The notes under the pieces are model-generated. The model saw nothing but the letters and a program-made list of their open reading frames with translations. It ran no database searches and was not told the DNA's origin. 64,000 nt of DNA from an uncultured delta proteobacterium (GTDB lineage: Bacteria; Myxococcota_A; Polyangia; Polyangiales; B10-G4). Made by a program: the position numbers and the translations under genes. The stretch lies in NCBI GenBank assembly GCA_963727445.1, contig CAVSGI010000012.1, forward strand, positions 96,001 to 160,000. The letters run 5' to 3'. Position 1 is the stretch's first letter. Each line of letters opens with the position of its first letter. Below are positions 30,947 through 40,782 of this stretch, piece after piece.

Positions 30947-32375
30947 ATGGAAGGGTTACGTGGGGACAGTGAGGACGGCGAAAGCTCGAGATTGAGCTGG
31001 GAGGGCCGTCCGTTTCGAGAAATGTTGCGCCTGAGCTGGCCCATCGCGGTGTCGATGGTCAGCTACGCGGCCATGACGCTGGTCGACACGCTTTTCGTCG
31101 GCTGGCTCGGTCCCGAGGCTCTCGCCGGCGTCGGGATCGGAGGCATGGCCGCCTTCACGTTGATCGGCTTCATGTTCGGTCTGCTCCGCGGGGTCAAGGT
31201 CCTGACCGCGCAGGGCGTCGGCGCGGGGCGAGGCGACGGGGCCAAGGCCTATCTCACCGCCGGGCTGGCGATCGCGCTGAGCGTGGGGGTGGTGATGGCG
31301 GGCCTCGGCCAGCTCTTCGCCGAGCTGTTGCCGATGCTCACCGCCACGGCGGAGTCGGGCGAGCACGCGCGCGTGTACCTGGGGATCCGCATCTTCGGAT
31401 CGCCCGTGGTCCTCGTGTACGTGGCGCTTCGCGAGTATCGCTACGGCCTCGGCGACAGTCGTTCGCCGATGGTCGCGGCGGTCGCGGCCAACATCACCAA
31501 CATAGGCCTCGACTATCTGCTGATCGTCGTCTTCGGTTGGGGCGTCGCGGGTGCGGCGGCGGCCACGGTCGCGGGGCAGTTCCTCGAAGCCATCATCCTG
31601 GTCGTCGCCCAGCGGCGCGAGGGTCTGCCTCTGCGTGGCCCGAGCCTCGGTGCGGTGCGGGCGGTTCTACGTGTCGGTCTGCCGACGGGCGTTCAGTTCC
31701 TGCTCGAGAATCGGAGCTTTCGCCGCGATGGCGGCGATGCTGGCCGCGATGAGCGATGTCCAGATGGCGGCGCATCAGATCGTCCTTCAGGCCATTCACT
31801 TCACCTTCCTGCCGATCCTCGCCTTCGGTGAGGCGGCGGCGGTGATGGTCGGACAGGCGGTCGGTGCGCGGCGCGATCGGATGGTCGTGGGCATCGCCGT
31901 GCGGGCGCTCCTGCTCGGGGGCGGCTACGCGCTGGTCTGGACTTTCGGTCTGGCGTTCGGCGCGGAGCTCTTCGTTCGGGCGTTCACGGATGATCCGGTG
32001 CTGATCGCCGCCGCGGTTCCGCTCTTCTGGGTCGCGGCGGGCTTCCAGGTCCTCGATGCGGCCAATGTGTGTGCGCGTTCGACCCTTCAAGGCACCGGAG
32101 ACGTCCGCTTTCCGGCGGCAGTCGGAATCGTCACCGCGTGGATCCTCACGCCGCCCGCCACGTACTTCCTCGGCTGGCAGCTGGGGCTCGGCGCGCTCGG
32201 CGGGTGGCTGGGGATCGCCGGCGAGATCGCCATCGGCGCCCTCATCTTCTGGGCGCGCGTCCTCAGGGGCGGTTGGCGTCCGGCGGCGGAGCGCACGCGG
32301 GCCGAGGTCGCGTCTGATCCGCTCGAAGGCGACGAAGCCCCAGACGAGCCGAGACCCGTGCGGGCGACGGCATGA
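30947..32375 (+). CDS. MATE family efflux transporter (apparent +1 frameshift at ~31709)
   Basis: LSWPIA, LVDTLFVGWLG..ALAGVG, GLGDSRSPM, NIGLDYLLI..GWGVAGAA; continues in the next frame with AAHQI, VGQAVGA, LQGTGDVR. Confidence 0.9.
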
Positions 32376-32471
32376 GGAGTGGCTCCGGCGGCGCGGCGTG
32401 AGAGCGTCGCGCCGCCGGAGGGCACCACTCGACGCTCTCTCGGCGCGAGCGAGTCGTGTAGGCTCTGGCTC

Positions 32472-33021
32472 ATGACGAAGACCGGGGTACCGCTCGTCCT
32501 CGCGGCCATCGCGGCGTGCTCCTCCAAATTCTTCGGGCGCAGAGGTGACGGCCTCGGCCGTCCCGCAGGCCGCGCCGGCCCCCGTCGAGACGGCAGCGGT
32601 GCAGCCAGAAGCGGCGCCCGCGGCCCCCGAGGCCCCGAAAGAGCCGCCGGGAACGGCGTCGGCGTCCAATCTCCCCACCAGCGTCCTCGTGGGCACCGAC
32701 GTCGTCGCGCTGACCACGTTCACCACGAGGGAGATCGTCGACTCGGATGCGGGCCGCTACGCGATCGAGCTGGGTGGCGCGGAGTCGAGCCTGCAGCTCC
32801 GCCGACGCGATGGGTCGTGGAGCTGTGCGCTGCGATACCAGGAGCCGGGTGAGCCCGCTCGACGCCTCGTTGCCGAGCTCACCCTCGAGGACGGCGAGCT
32901 GCGATCGTCCGACGGTCGCTTCCGCATCCGCGCAACCGACGACGATGAGCTCCTGGTGCACGCGCTCGGCAACGACGACGTCGTGCCCGAATCGTTGTGG
33001 GTGCTCTACGAGCGCCGGTGA
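32472..33021 (+). CDS. Hypothetical lipoprotein (apparent +1 frameshift at ~32526)
   Basis: MTKTGVPLVLAAIAAC signal/lipobox in one frame joins the Pro/Ala linker and globular domain of ORF 32545-33021 if one A of CAAAT is removed. Confidence 0.65.
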
Positions 33022-33065
33022 GGCCTGGCGCGCCGGATGCGGGCTCTCCACTACACTGGACGTCG

Positions 33066-33653
33066 ATGACGCCGCCCGTACTGCTCCTCGACGTCATGGG
33101 CACCCTCGTCCACGACCCCTTCTTCGACGACATGCCGGCGTTCTTCGGGATGAGCTTCGAGGAGATGCTCGCGGCGAAGCATCCCGACGCGTGGGTCCGC
33201 TTCGAGCTCGGGGAGCTCAGCGAGGCGGAGTTCCTGCCGCGCTTCTTCGCCGACGAGCGTGCTTACGATCATGCGGCCTTCTGCACGCACGTTCGCGGCG
33301 CGTATCGGTGGCTCGAGGGAGTCGAGCCGCTCCTCGCGGAGCTCCGCGCGCGCGGCGTGGCGATGCACGCGCTGTCGAACTACCCCGTCTGGTATCGATG
33401 GATCGAAGCCGAGCTCGGGCTCTCCCGATACCTCGAGTGGAGCTTCGTCTCGACGGATGTCGGCGTCCGCAAGCCCGACCCCGAGGCCTATTTGGGCGCC
33501 GCGCGGCGCCTCGGCGTCACGCCCGACCGCTGTCTCTTCGTCGACGATCGCGAAAAGAACATCGCAGCGGCGCGCGCGGTCGGCATGGACGCCGCGCGCT
33601 TCGAGGACGCGGCTTCACTCCGCGTCGCGCTCGCCGAACGCGGCGCGCTCTGA
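33066..33653 (+). CDS. HAD-superfamily phosphatase, plant FHY1 (FMN hydrolase)-like
   Basis: LLDVMGTLVHDPF, LSNYPVWY, RKPDP, FVDDR..N. Confidence 0.85.
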   Translation: MTPPVLLLDVMGTLVHDPFFDDMPAFFGMSFEEMLAAKHPDAWVRFELGELSEAEFLPRFFADERAYDHAAFCTHVRGAYRWLEGVEPLLAELRARGVAMHALSNYPVWYRWIEAELGLSRYLEWSFVSTDVGVRKPDPEAYLGAARRLGVTPDRCLFVDDREKNIAAARAVGMDAARFEDAASLRVALAERGAL

Positions 33654-33676
33654 AGTTGGCGGGTGTGCGCGCGCCG

Positions 33677-34972
33677 TCACATGCAGCCGATCCGATGGAG
33701 CGTGACGTCGCCGCCCAGAAAAGGCTTCTCTGCGACCAGGGCAAACCCGATCCCCGTGGGGTCCGCGGCGGCGGCGAAGGTGGTCTCCGATCCGGCGAAG
33801 CTCGCGATCGAACGGGTGATCCCGGTTGGCAGGTGATGCGTCCAGAGCTCGGGTGCGCCTCCTTCGTTCCGTAAGACGAAGAAGAACCCCTCGTAGCCGC
33901 GAGCCTCCGTCATCGCGAGGATTTGCCGGCCGGTCACCAGGGGGCTCAGGAGTTGGTTCGTCGATCCGTCGTTTCTCACCACGGCGATGTCCGCCGAGAG
34001 CGCGGAGCGATTCATCACGTCGGGGCCGATGGCGTAACCAACGGCGACAAAGGCCGCACCGCCGACGGTCCAGAGGGTCCGGGGGTCGCCCGGGCGCGTG
34101 TAGATGGGCGTGGGTTCGGATCGCCCCGCGAGGATGTCCACGGGCGCTCTTCGCGACGCCCCGCTCGGTCCGAGCTCGTGAAGCAGGACATGACCCGTGC
34201 CCCCTTCGAAGCCCACCGCCGCGATGAAGGCCCCGCGATCAGCCTGGAAGGCTACGTCGACATCGACGATCGGGGACGTCGATGGCACGCGGTCGCGAAC
34301 GACCCAGCTCTGCCTGTCCGTTGTCGTCCCGTCGGGCGCCAGCACGGTGACCTCCAACGAGTCCACGGAAGCGACCGCGCGCACCGCCCCGGAGGGGCCG
34401 GCGGCCATGGCGAAGGGGCGCGTGATCGAGATCGGGCTCGGGGAAACCGTCGTCCCCGGGGAGGCGCGCCACTGCATCAGATTGGTCTCGACCGGGCTGA
34501 CGGCGAAGTAGGTGTCGTCCACGCGTCCGACCCGGATCACGCCAGGAACGGAGAGGAATCCGACGCTGTTCTCGTGGACCGCGGCGAAGGTGCGTGGGGA
34601 GAAGGTCGTGAGGTCGACACGCATTCTCCCCTGCTGGAGAGTCTCCCCCATGATCGGCGGACCCGAGTAGAACACCGATGCCTCATCGCTCGCGGTAGCG
34701 ATCTCGATGAACCCCTGGGTGCTCTCGTTGGTGAGCACGACCGAGTCGACGATGCCGAGGGCGCAGGGGAGGGTGCCGCCGTCGGTCGTCGGCCCGTCCG
34801 TCATGGCGTCCGTCGGCGCGTCCGGTCTGATCGCGTCCACTCGCGCGTCCGCGATCCCCACGCCACTGTCGCGCCGGACGCCTCCATCGGGCGTCGTGGC
34901 GGTCGGGTCGGCGTCGAGGACGAGCCCGCAGCCGTTCAGGACCACGAGCACGGTCGCGAGACAGCGGTGCAT
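33677..34972 (-). CDS. Hypothetical lipoprotein
   Basis: Signal ending LNGC, myxobacterial D-G/A/S linker, beta-rich body. Confidence 0.65.
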   Translation of the reverse strand: MHRCLATVLVVLNGCGLVLDADPTATTPDGGVRRDSGVGIADARVDAIRPDAPTDAMTDGPTTDGGTLPCALGIVDSVVLTNESTQGFIEIATASDEASVFYSGPPIMGETLQQGRMRVDLTTFSPRTFAAVHENSVGFLSVPGVIRVGRVDDTYFAVSPVETNLMQWRASPGTTVSPSPISITRPFAMAAGPSGAVRAVASVDSLEVTVLAPDGTTTDRQSWVVRDRVPSTSPIVDVDVAFQADRGAFIAAVGFEGGTGHVLLHELGPSGASRRAPVDILAGRSEPTPIYTRPGDPRTLWTVGGAAFVAVGYAIGPDVMNRSALSADIAVVRNDGSTNQLLSPLVTGRQILAMTEARGYEGFFFVLRNEGGAPELWTHHLPTGITRSIASFAGSETTFAAAADPTGIGFALVAEKPFLGGDVTLHRIGCM

Positions 34973-35018
34973 CTTCTCATACTAAACCGGGCGGCGACGT
35001 CCATGCTATGAGACGCCC

Positions 35019-35684
35019 ATGAAGCGGGCCGACAAGGCGGCGCGGATCGTGAAGATCCTGGACGAGCTCTATCCCGAGACGCCGGTGCCTCTCGATCATC
35101 AGGATCCGTTTCAGCTTCTGGTCGCGGTGATGCTGAGCGCGCAAACCACCGACAAGAAGGTGAACCAGGTCACGCCGAAGCTCTTCGAGAAGGGGCCGAA
35201 CGCGAAGCGGATGGCGAAGCTCGAGGTGGACACCATCCGCGAGCTGATCCGCGAGGTCGGGCTCGCGCCGACCAAGGCCAAGAACGTCAAGCGCATGAGC
35301 GAGCTGCTTCTCGAGCGGCACGACGGCGAGGTGCCGCGCACCCTCGAAGAGCTCGAGGCGCTCCCCGGCGTCGGCCACAAGACGGCTCAGGTCGTCGTCG
35401 CGCAGGCTTTCGGCACGCCCGCCTTTCCCGTCGATACCCACATCCACCGTCTCGCGGCGCGCTGGGGCCTGTCGAACGGCAAGAACGTGGAAAAGACCGA
35501 GAAGGATCTCAAGAAGACCTTCGACGAGTCACTATGGAATGCGCTCCATCTGCAGATCATCTTCTTCGGCCGCGAGCACTGCCCGGCCCGTGGACACGAC
35601 CTGAGCACGTGCCCGATCTGCAGCTGGGCCGCGTCGAAGAAGCGGATCCGCGAAGAGGCGAAGAAGAACGGCAAGTCGCGCTGA
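35019..35684 (+). CDS. nth: Endonuclease III
   Basis: PFQLLVAVMLSAQTTD, HhH LPGVGHKTA, FPVDTHIHR, IFFGREHC. Confidence 0.95.
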   Translation: MKRADKAARIVKILDELYPETPVPLDHQDPFQLLVAVMLSAQTTDKKVNQVTPKLFEKGPNAKRMAKLEVDTIRELIREVGLAPTKAKNVKRMSELLLERHDGEVPRTLEELEALPGVGHKTAQVVVAQAFGTPAFPVDTHIHRLAARWGLSNGKNVEKTEKDLKKTFDESLWNALHLQIIFFGREHCPARGHDLSTCPICSWAASKKRIREEAKKNGKSR

Positions 35685-35691
35685 TGTGCGC

Positions 35692-37002
35692 TCAACCGCA
35701 GCGGCCGCTGCGACAGCTCCCGGAGCAACAGTCCCCGTCGGCGAGGCAGGCCCGCCCGGACGAGCGGCACTGGCAGGTGCCGGAGATGCAGTCCATGTAG
35801 CCGCAGCAGTCGCTTCCGGAGCTGCAGCTCGTCGAAGCTGCGGCGCAGCAGCGCGTGCCGTAGGACACGCCGCGACGGCAGTCGAGCCCGGCGCAGCACT
35901 CGGTCCCGCTGGTGCAGAGCGTCGACTGCACCGGCGCGCACATCGGCTCGGGCTCCGGCTCGGGGGTCGGCGTGGGTGTCGGGTCGGGATCCGGGTCGGT
36001 CTCCGGCGTCATCGGACACGACGATGGCGGGATCCACTGCCAGCCGGAGCTGCAGGTTCCGCTGAAGGGGCCGGTTCCGTCGCCGGCGAGGCACTGCCCG
36101 GAGCCGGCGCAGAAGCCGCACTCGTGGGCGATGGCGTTGCAGTCGGCGCAGCCCGTGCCGCGATCACATACGCTCGAGGACGAGCCCCCGTCCGGCTCTC
36201 CCGCGTCGGGCTCGGGCGCGGCGGCGTCGGGCTCCACCATCCCCGCATCGGGTGTGGGCGCGGGCGATGTGCCGCAGCTGGCACCGAGAGGGAAGCCATC
36301 GGCGGGCGCCTGTCGGAGCCGCGACTCGGTGGCTGGGCCGTAGTCGCCGTCCTCGCTGATGCGATCGCTCGGGTTGTTGCGGTTCCAGAGCCGCTGAAAA
36401 GCGCGTACCGTCTCCGTCCGCAAGTCCATCCCACCGCTGTAGTTGAAGTGCGGCGGGTCGCCGCTGCCGGCCCAGCGCCACCCCTGCGCGGAGAGCTGGG
36501 ACCGATGCGACGAAGCGCTCGCGACGTCGATCGCCAGACCGGACTCGTGATTGCTGTGCCCGGGACGCGCCGCGATGCGGATGCCGCAGCGGCCGGTCTC
36601 CGCCCACTTGCGGAGGAGGTACTGCTGCGGAAGCGTCCGAAGCGCGGAGTTGATGTGGATGGCGCCACCGCGCGCCGCCGCCTGTCGCAGCGCTTCGGCC
36701 GCGTCGCGATGCAGATAGGGCGCCGCCTGCGCCGCAGAGGAGAGGCTCACGCCCGGCACACCTGCGATCGATCGATAGGCGCCGGGCACCAGACAGTCGA
36801 CTTCCTGCACGAGCTGTTCGGTCAGCCCGCGAACGATCGCGGTCGAGCAGCCGGCGGTCCGACCTCCGCCGACGGTCAACTCTTCGAGCGTGGTCTCCGT
36901 GCGCTTTTCATCGGTGGCGCTCGGGGCTGCACAGGCAAAGAGGACGGACGACGACAGCAGGGCCAGCACGAGGCGGGCCCCCGATGTGGGTGGACAACGC
37001 AT
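35692..37002 (-). CDS. M15 (D,D-carboxypeptidase-like) lipoprotein with PG-binding domain and Cys-rich tail
   Basis: INSALRT, ARPGHSNHESGLAID, DPPHF; AFQRLWN..EDGDYGPAT; lipobox LFAC. Confidence 0.87.
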   Translation of the reverse strand: MRCPPTSGARLVLALLSSSVLFACAAPSATDEKRTETTLEELTVGGGRTAGCSTAIVRGLTEQLVQEVDCLVPGAYRSIAGVPGVSLSSAAQAAPYLHRDAAEALRQAAARGGAIHINSALRTLPQQYLLRKWAETGRCGIRIAARPGHSNHESGLAIDVASASSHRSQLSAQGWRWAGSGDPPHFNYSGGMDLRTETVRAFQRLWNRNNPSDRISEDGDYGPATESRLRQAPADGFPLGASCGTSPAPTPDAGMVEPDAAAPEPDAGEPDGGSSSSVCDRGTGCADCNAIAHECGFCAGSGQCLAGDGTGPFSGTCSSGWQWIPPSSCPMTPETDPDPDPTPTPTPEPEPEPMCAPVQSTLCTSGTECCAGLDCRRGVSYGTRCCAAASTSCSSGSDCCGYMDCISGTCQCRSSGRACLADGDCCSGSCRSGRCG

Positions 37003-37014
37003 GCCGAGCCGCTA

Positions 37015-37030
37015 AGCAGCTCGCGTGCCG
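37015..37030 (-). promoter_or_regulatory. Sigma-54 (-24/-12) promoter
   Basis: Minus strand CGGCACGCGAGCTGCT has GG-N10-GC spacing, 12 bp before the M15 ATG. Confidence 0.55.
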
Positions 37031-37124
37031 GAGTGATTCCACGGGATTAACGTCACCATCGGGATACATCGACCCCAGCGCTCGGGAACATCACCTGTTC
37101 CAGACCCCACCTCGATGTGGCGCT

Positions 37125-39065
37125 TCAGGGTGCGTCTTTGACGCGATGCAGGAGTCGATAGTCCATGCCGCTGCCGCCGCTCGACGAGTCGACGAAGACC
37201 ACGCCGAGCCCGCGAGGAAAGACAATCGCGTCGAGGCGTGAGCCGTACTCGAATCCGTCGACCACGGAGGAGGTTCCCATCGTCGAGTCGTAGCCGAGGC
37301 AGTCGGTGGCGCCCATCGAGGCGCCGTCGTCGTTGCAGGAGACCTGCATTCCCGTTTGAGCGCTCCTGGCGTACATGCGCGGGTCGTAGTTGACCATGCC
37401 GTTGGTGCGCTCGTACTCGGGATGCGTGCGGAAGAAGAAGCCGACGTAGTCGCTCCGGCAGAGGCTGAAGGTCTGCGGCTGGCCTCCGCAGGTCACGAAC
37501 CATCGCGCGTCCTCGCCCGACGATGCGCCCCCGCAGGTGCCCGCCGTCACGCTCGAACCGATGAGGGCGGTCGAGTCCGTGACCGCGTCGCCCTCGAGTG
37601 GCGCGCTGTAGACGAAGGAGGCGACGCCGCGCCCCACGAACTGGATGTGGAGCGTGAAGTCGCCGGTGGTGCACCCGCCCACCGACAACAGATAGGTCCC
37701 GGCCGTGAGCCATCCGTAGAGGCGGGCGTCGCGCATGCCCCAGTCCGGCGCCGAGCCGCAGGAGTGGTCGTCCTGGCACCAGACCTCGCCCGTGTCCTCC
37801 GTGACCATCGCGCCGCTCTCGTTGGTCAAGAAGAGCTTGGTGTCGAAGGAGGAGCCCTGGCTGTCCACGTAGAGGGCGCCGCTCTCGGGCAGCGTGAGGC
37901 TGTACCAGACGTTGCCGCCGCCGGTGCATCCGATGCATTCGGTCCCGCTCGTGGGGCCGTCTTTGGTCGCGTCGGCGGTGCTGCCGCTGACCATGACCTC
38001 GGCGTCATCGAGGGTGACCTCGATCGCCCCCGAGCGCGGGTCGTTCATCGGCCGGCAACGCCCGGTGGAGCACATGGTGCCAGCGCCGCAGGTCATCCCG
38101 CAGCCGCCGCAGTTGTCGTCGTCGTTCTGCGGGTCGACGCAGCCGCCGCCGCACGGGATCTCTCCCGACGTACACGCCGAGGACATGCAGGTGCCCGAGA
38201 CGCAGGTGGGTGTGCCGCTCGGGCAGACGTTGTCGCAGCTGCCGCAGTTGGCGGAGTCGATGTTGGTCAGGGTGCACGTCCCGCCGCAGAGCATCGAAGG
38301 GGTGGGGCAGGTGCAGGCGCCGCTCACGCAGATCTGGTCCGTGCCGCAGGGCATCCCGCAGCCGCCGCAGTGCGCGACGTCGGTGTCGGTGTCCACGCAG
38401 CTTCCATCGCAGACATCCTGTCCCGCGGGGCATCCGCACGAGCCGCCAGTGCACTCCTCGCCGGCGTCACAGGCGTTGCCACAGCTCCCGCAGTTCGATG
38501 CGTCGGTCATGACGTCGACGCAGACCTCGTCCGCGTCCATGCCGCAGAGCATGCGGGGCGCGACGCAGGCGTCGCTGCAGCTCCCGCTCGCGCACGACTG
38601 GCCCGTCGGGCACTCGTTCCCGCAGGAGCCGCAATTGGCGTCGTCGGTCATGACGTCGACGCAGGCAGCGCCGCAGCGCATCTCAGCGCTCGTGCAGGTC
38701 GCGGTCGTGCAGGTGCCTTCGATGCAGTTCTCGCCGTCGCCGCAGCTCCTTCCGCAGGTGCTGCAGTTCATGTCGTCGCTCGTGACGTCGATGCAGCCGC
38801 GGCCACAGTCCGCCATCCCGTCCGGGCAGTCGGTCATCGGCTGGCAGGTGCCCGAGGAGCAGCTCTCCGCGATGCCGCAGATGTTGCCGCAGCCGCCGCA
38901 GTTGTTGATGTCGACGCTCACGTTGACGCAGCCGCCGCCGCAGGAGGTCAGCCCGCTCGCGCAGCTGCTGCCGTCGCCGCCGTCTCCGGCTGACGAGTCG
39001 TCTCCGCAGCCGCCGAGAGCCAAGGTCGCCAGGAGGCAGAGCGAGAGTGCGAAGTCGCGGTGCAT
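37125..39065 (-). CDS. Cys-rich lipoprotein with seven Stig1-like repeats and a PPC-like C-terminal domain
   Basis: Lipobox LGGC; 7x CxxxxxDxxNCGxCGxxC-type units; GSSFDTKLFL, LTAGTYLLSVGG; 1-bp TGATG overlap with plsX. Confidence 0.82.
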   Translation of the reverse strand: MHRDFALSLCLLATLALGGCGDDSSAGDGGDGSSCASGLTSCGGGCVNVSVDINNCGGCGNICGIAESCSSGTCQPMTDCPDGMADCGRGCIDVTSDDMNCSTCGRSCGDGENCIEGTCTTATCTSAEMRCGAACVDVMTDDANCGSCGNECPTGQSCASGSCSDACVAPRMLCGMDADEVCVDVMTDASNCGSCGNACDAGEECTGGSCGCPAGQDVCDGSCVDTDTDVAHCGGCGMPCGTDQICVSGACTCPTPSMLCGGTCTLTNIDSANCGSCDNVCPSGTPTCVSGTCMSSACTSGEIPCGGGCVDPQNDDDNCGGCGMTCGAGTMCSTGRCRPMNDPRSGAIEVTLDDAEVMVSGSTADATKDGPTSGTECIGCTGGGNVWYSLTLPESGALYVDSQGSSFDTKLFLTNESGAMVTEDTGEVWCQDDHSCGSAPDWGMRDARLYGWLTAGTYLLSVGGCTTGDFTLHIQFVGRGVASFVYSAPLEGDAVTDSTALIGSSVTAGTCGGASSGEDARWFVTCGGQPQTFSLCRSDYVGFFFRTHPEYERTNGMVNYDPRMYARSAQTGMQVSCNDDGASMGATDCLGYDSTMGTSSVVDGFEYGSRLDAIVFPRGLGVVFVDSSSGGSGMDYRLLHRVKDAP

Positions 39066-40093
39066 CAGCAGCGCCCCGCTTCGCTCAGCCCGAGCCGAAT
39101 GGCGCCCACCATGTCGGTGTTCACGGCCTTCTGGGCGACCACCAGGGCGTTCTTGATGGCCCGCTCGGAGCTGCGCCCGTGGGCCTTGATGCACACCCGG
39201 TCGAAGCCGAGGATGGGTGCGCCTCCGTACTGCTCCCAGTCGGTCACGCGCCGCAGCTTCTTGATGCCGGGGCTGAGGAGCGCGAGGCCCGCTTTGTAGA
39301 CGACGCTCTTGTCCATGGCGTAGCGACCGAGGCGCATGACGGTGTCGGCGATCCCCTCGAGCATCTTGAGGACGATGTTACCGGTGAAGCCGCCGGTGAC
39401 CACGACGTCGGCCGTGCCGCGCGGAATGTCCATGCCCTCGATGTTTCCGATGAACTCCAGGCAGTCGAGGGTCTTGAGGACGTGATGGGCTTCGACGATG
39501 GCCCGCGGGCCCTTGTGCTCCTCGGACCCGTTCGACAGGAGCGCCACGCGCGGTCGAACGTTGCTCGAGATCCGCGAGGCGTACGCGCTGCCCATGATCG
39601 CGAACCCCACCAGGTCCTCGGCGGAGACGTCGAGGGTGAGGCCCGCGTCGAGGATCAGGCTGAAGGGATCGTCCTTTTCGCCGCGCCGTCTCTCGGTGGG
39701 GAAGACCGCGCCCAGCGCGCAGCGGGTGACGCCGGGGAGGCGCTCGAAAGTCTGGACGCAAGCGAGGGTGACGGCGCCGGTGTTGCCTGCGCTCACCAGG
39801 GCGTCCGCTTCACCGTTGCGCACCAGGCGGGCCGCCTCGAGGACGGAGCAGCGCGGCTTGGCGGCGAGGGCTTCTCGCGGGCTCTCCTCCATGGTCACGA
39901 CGTCGGGTGCGTGACGCACCTCGAGCTTCGTCTCGTCGTACTCCGTCTCGCGCAGGCGCGCCTCCAACTCCTCCCGGTCTCCGACCAGCAGAACGTGCGG
40001 ACCCTCGGGGTGACGGCTCGCTCGAACGGCGCCCGCAACTGTAGCCTCCGGCCCGTGGTCGGAACCCATGGCATCGAGCGCGAGGGTAGCCAT
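39065..40093 (-). CDS. plsX: Phosphate acyltransferase
   Basis: ALDAMGSDHGP, VSAGNTGA, LLSNGSEEHKG, FIGNIEG, GFTGNIVLKMLEG, YGGAPILG, KAHGRS. Confidence 0.95.
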   Translation of the reverse strand: MATLALDAMGSDHGPEATVAGAVRASRHPEGPHVLLVGDREELEARLRETEYDETKLEVRHAPDVVTMEESPREALAAKPRCSVLEAARLVRNGEADALVSAGNTGAVTLACVQTFERLPGVTRCALGAVFPTERRRGEKDDPFSLILDAGLTLDVSAEDLVGFAIMGSAYASRISSNVRPRVALLSNGSEEHKGPRAIVEAHHVLKTLDCLEFIGNIEGMDIPRGTADVVVTGGFTGNIVLKMLEGIADTVMRLGRYAMDKSVVYKAGLALLSPGIKKLRRVTDWEQYGGAPILGFDRVCIKAHGRSSERAIKNALVVAQKAVNTDMVGAIRLGLSEAGRC

Positions 40094-40135
40094 CGGGGCG
40101 ATTGTAGATCATGTTCTCGCCCCTCATTGCCTTTG

Positions 40136-40741
40136 ATGAACGCTGTCGTGCGATCCGCCCTCGTCCTGCTCCTGGCCCCGATCATCGCCACCCTCGCTGG
40201 GGCGTGCGACCGGCCGGGCTGTGAGAACGCCACCCTCTGCGTGGAGCAGTGCTTCACGCCGGTGTTCCGTCAGTGCAGCGGGTGCCCTGCCGGCTCTTTC
40301 CCCGAGGAGCTCTGCGACCGGCAGACGGTGTGCGTGCGAGACCTCGACCGACCCGACGGCAACTGCGACGCCTCCGCCTGCGCGGATGGCGACAATGGGC
40401 GGTGCTTCCTCGGGCCGAGCGGCGAGCTCTGCAGCTATGACGAATGCGGCGCCGACAGCGATTGCCCCATGGGCATGCTTTGCGCGTGCGCAGCCGGCTT
40501 CCTCGAAGCGAACGTCTGCGTCCCAGCGTCCTGCGGCAGTCCCGACGATTGCGACGACTACCCGTGCTCGCCGGTGCCGGGATGCGGCGGGCCCTACGAC
40601 CCGGAAAACGCCGGGCCCGCTTCTCTCGCCTGCCACGGACCCGACGACGTCTGCTTCACCATCAGGGACTGTCCCGACGGGATGTTCTGCGGGCGGAGCG
40701 CCGGCAGCTGGGCGTGTGTCGCCCCGACTTGTGGCGGGTGA
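40136..40741 (+). CDS. Cys-rich lipoprotein
   Basis: Lipobox LAGAC followed by dense Cys motifs (CSYDECGADSDC). Confidence 0.75.
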   Translation: MNAVVRSALVLLLAPIIATLAGACDRPGCENATLCVEQCFTPVFRQCSGCPAGSFPEELCDRQTVCVRDLDRPDGNCDASACADGDNGRCFLGPSGELCSYDECGADSDCPMGMLCACAAGFLEANVCVPASCGSPDDCDDYPCSPVPGCGGPYDPENAGPASLACHGPDDVCFTIRDCPDGMFCGRSAGSWACVAPTCGG

Positions 40742-40782
40742 CCCTCTCGGACGTCGCCCAGGACCAGTGATAGCTTTCCCGG

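Noticed and set aside
37125..40093. Functional link between plsX and the overlapping Cys-rich lipoprotein
   Set aside because: 1-bp overlaps are common in this window and nothing else supports a link
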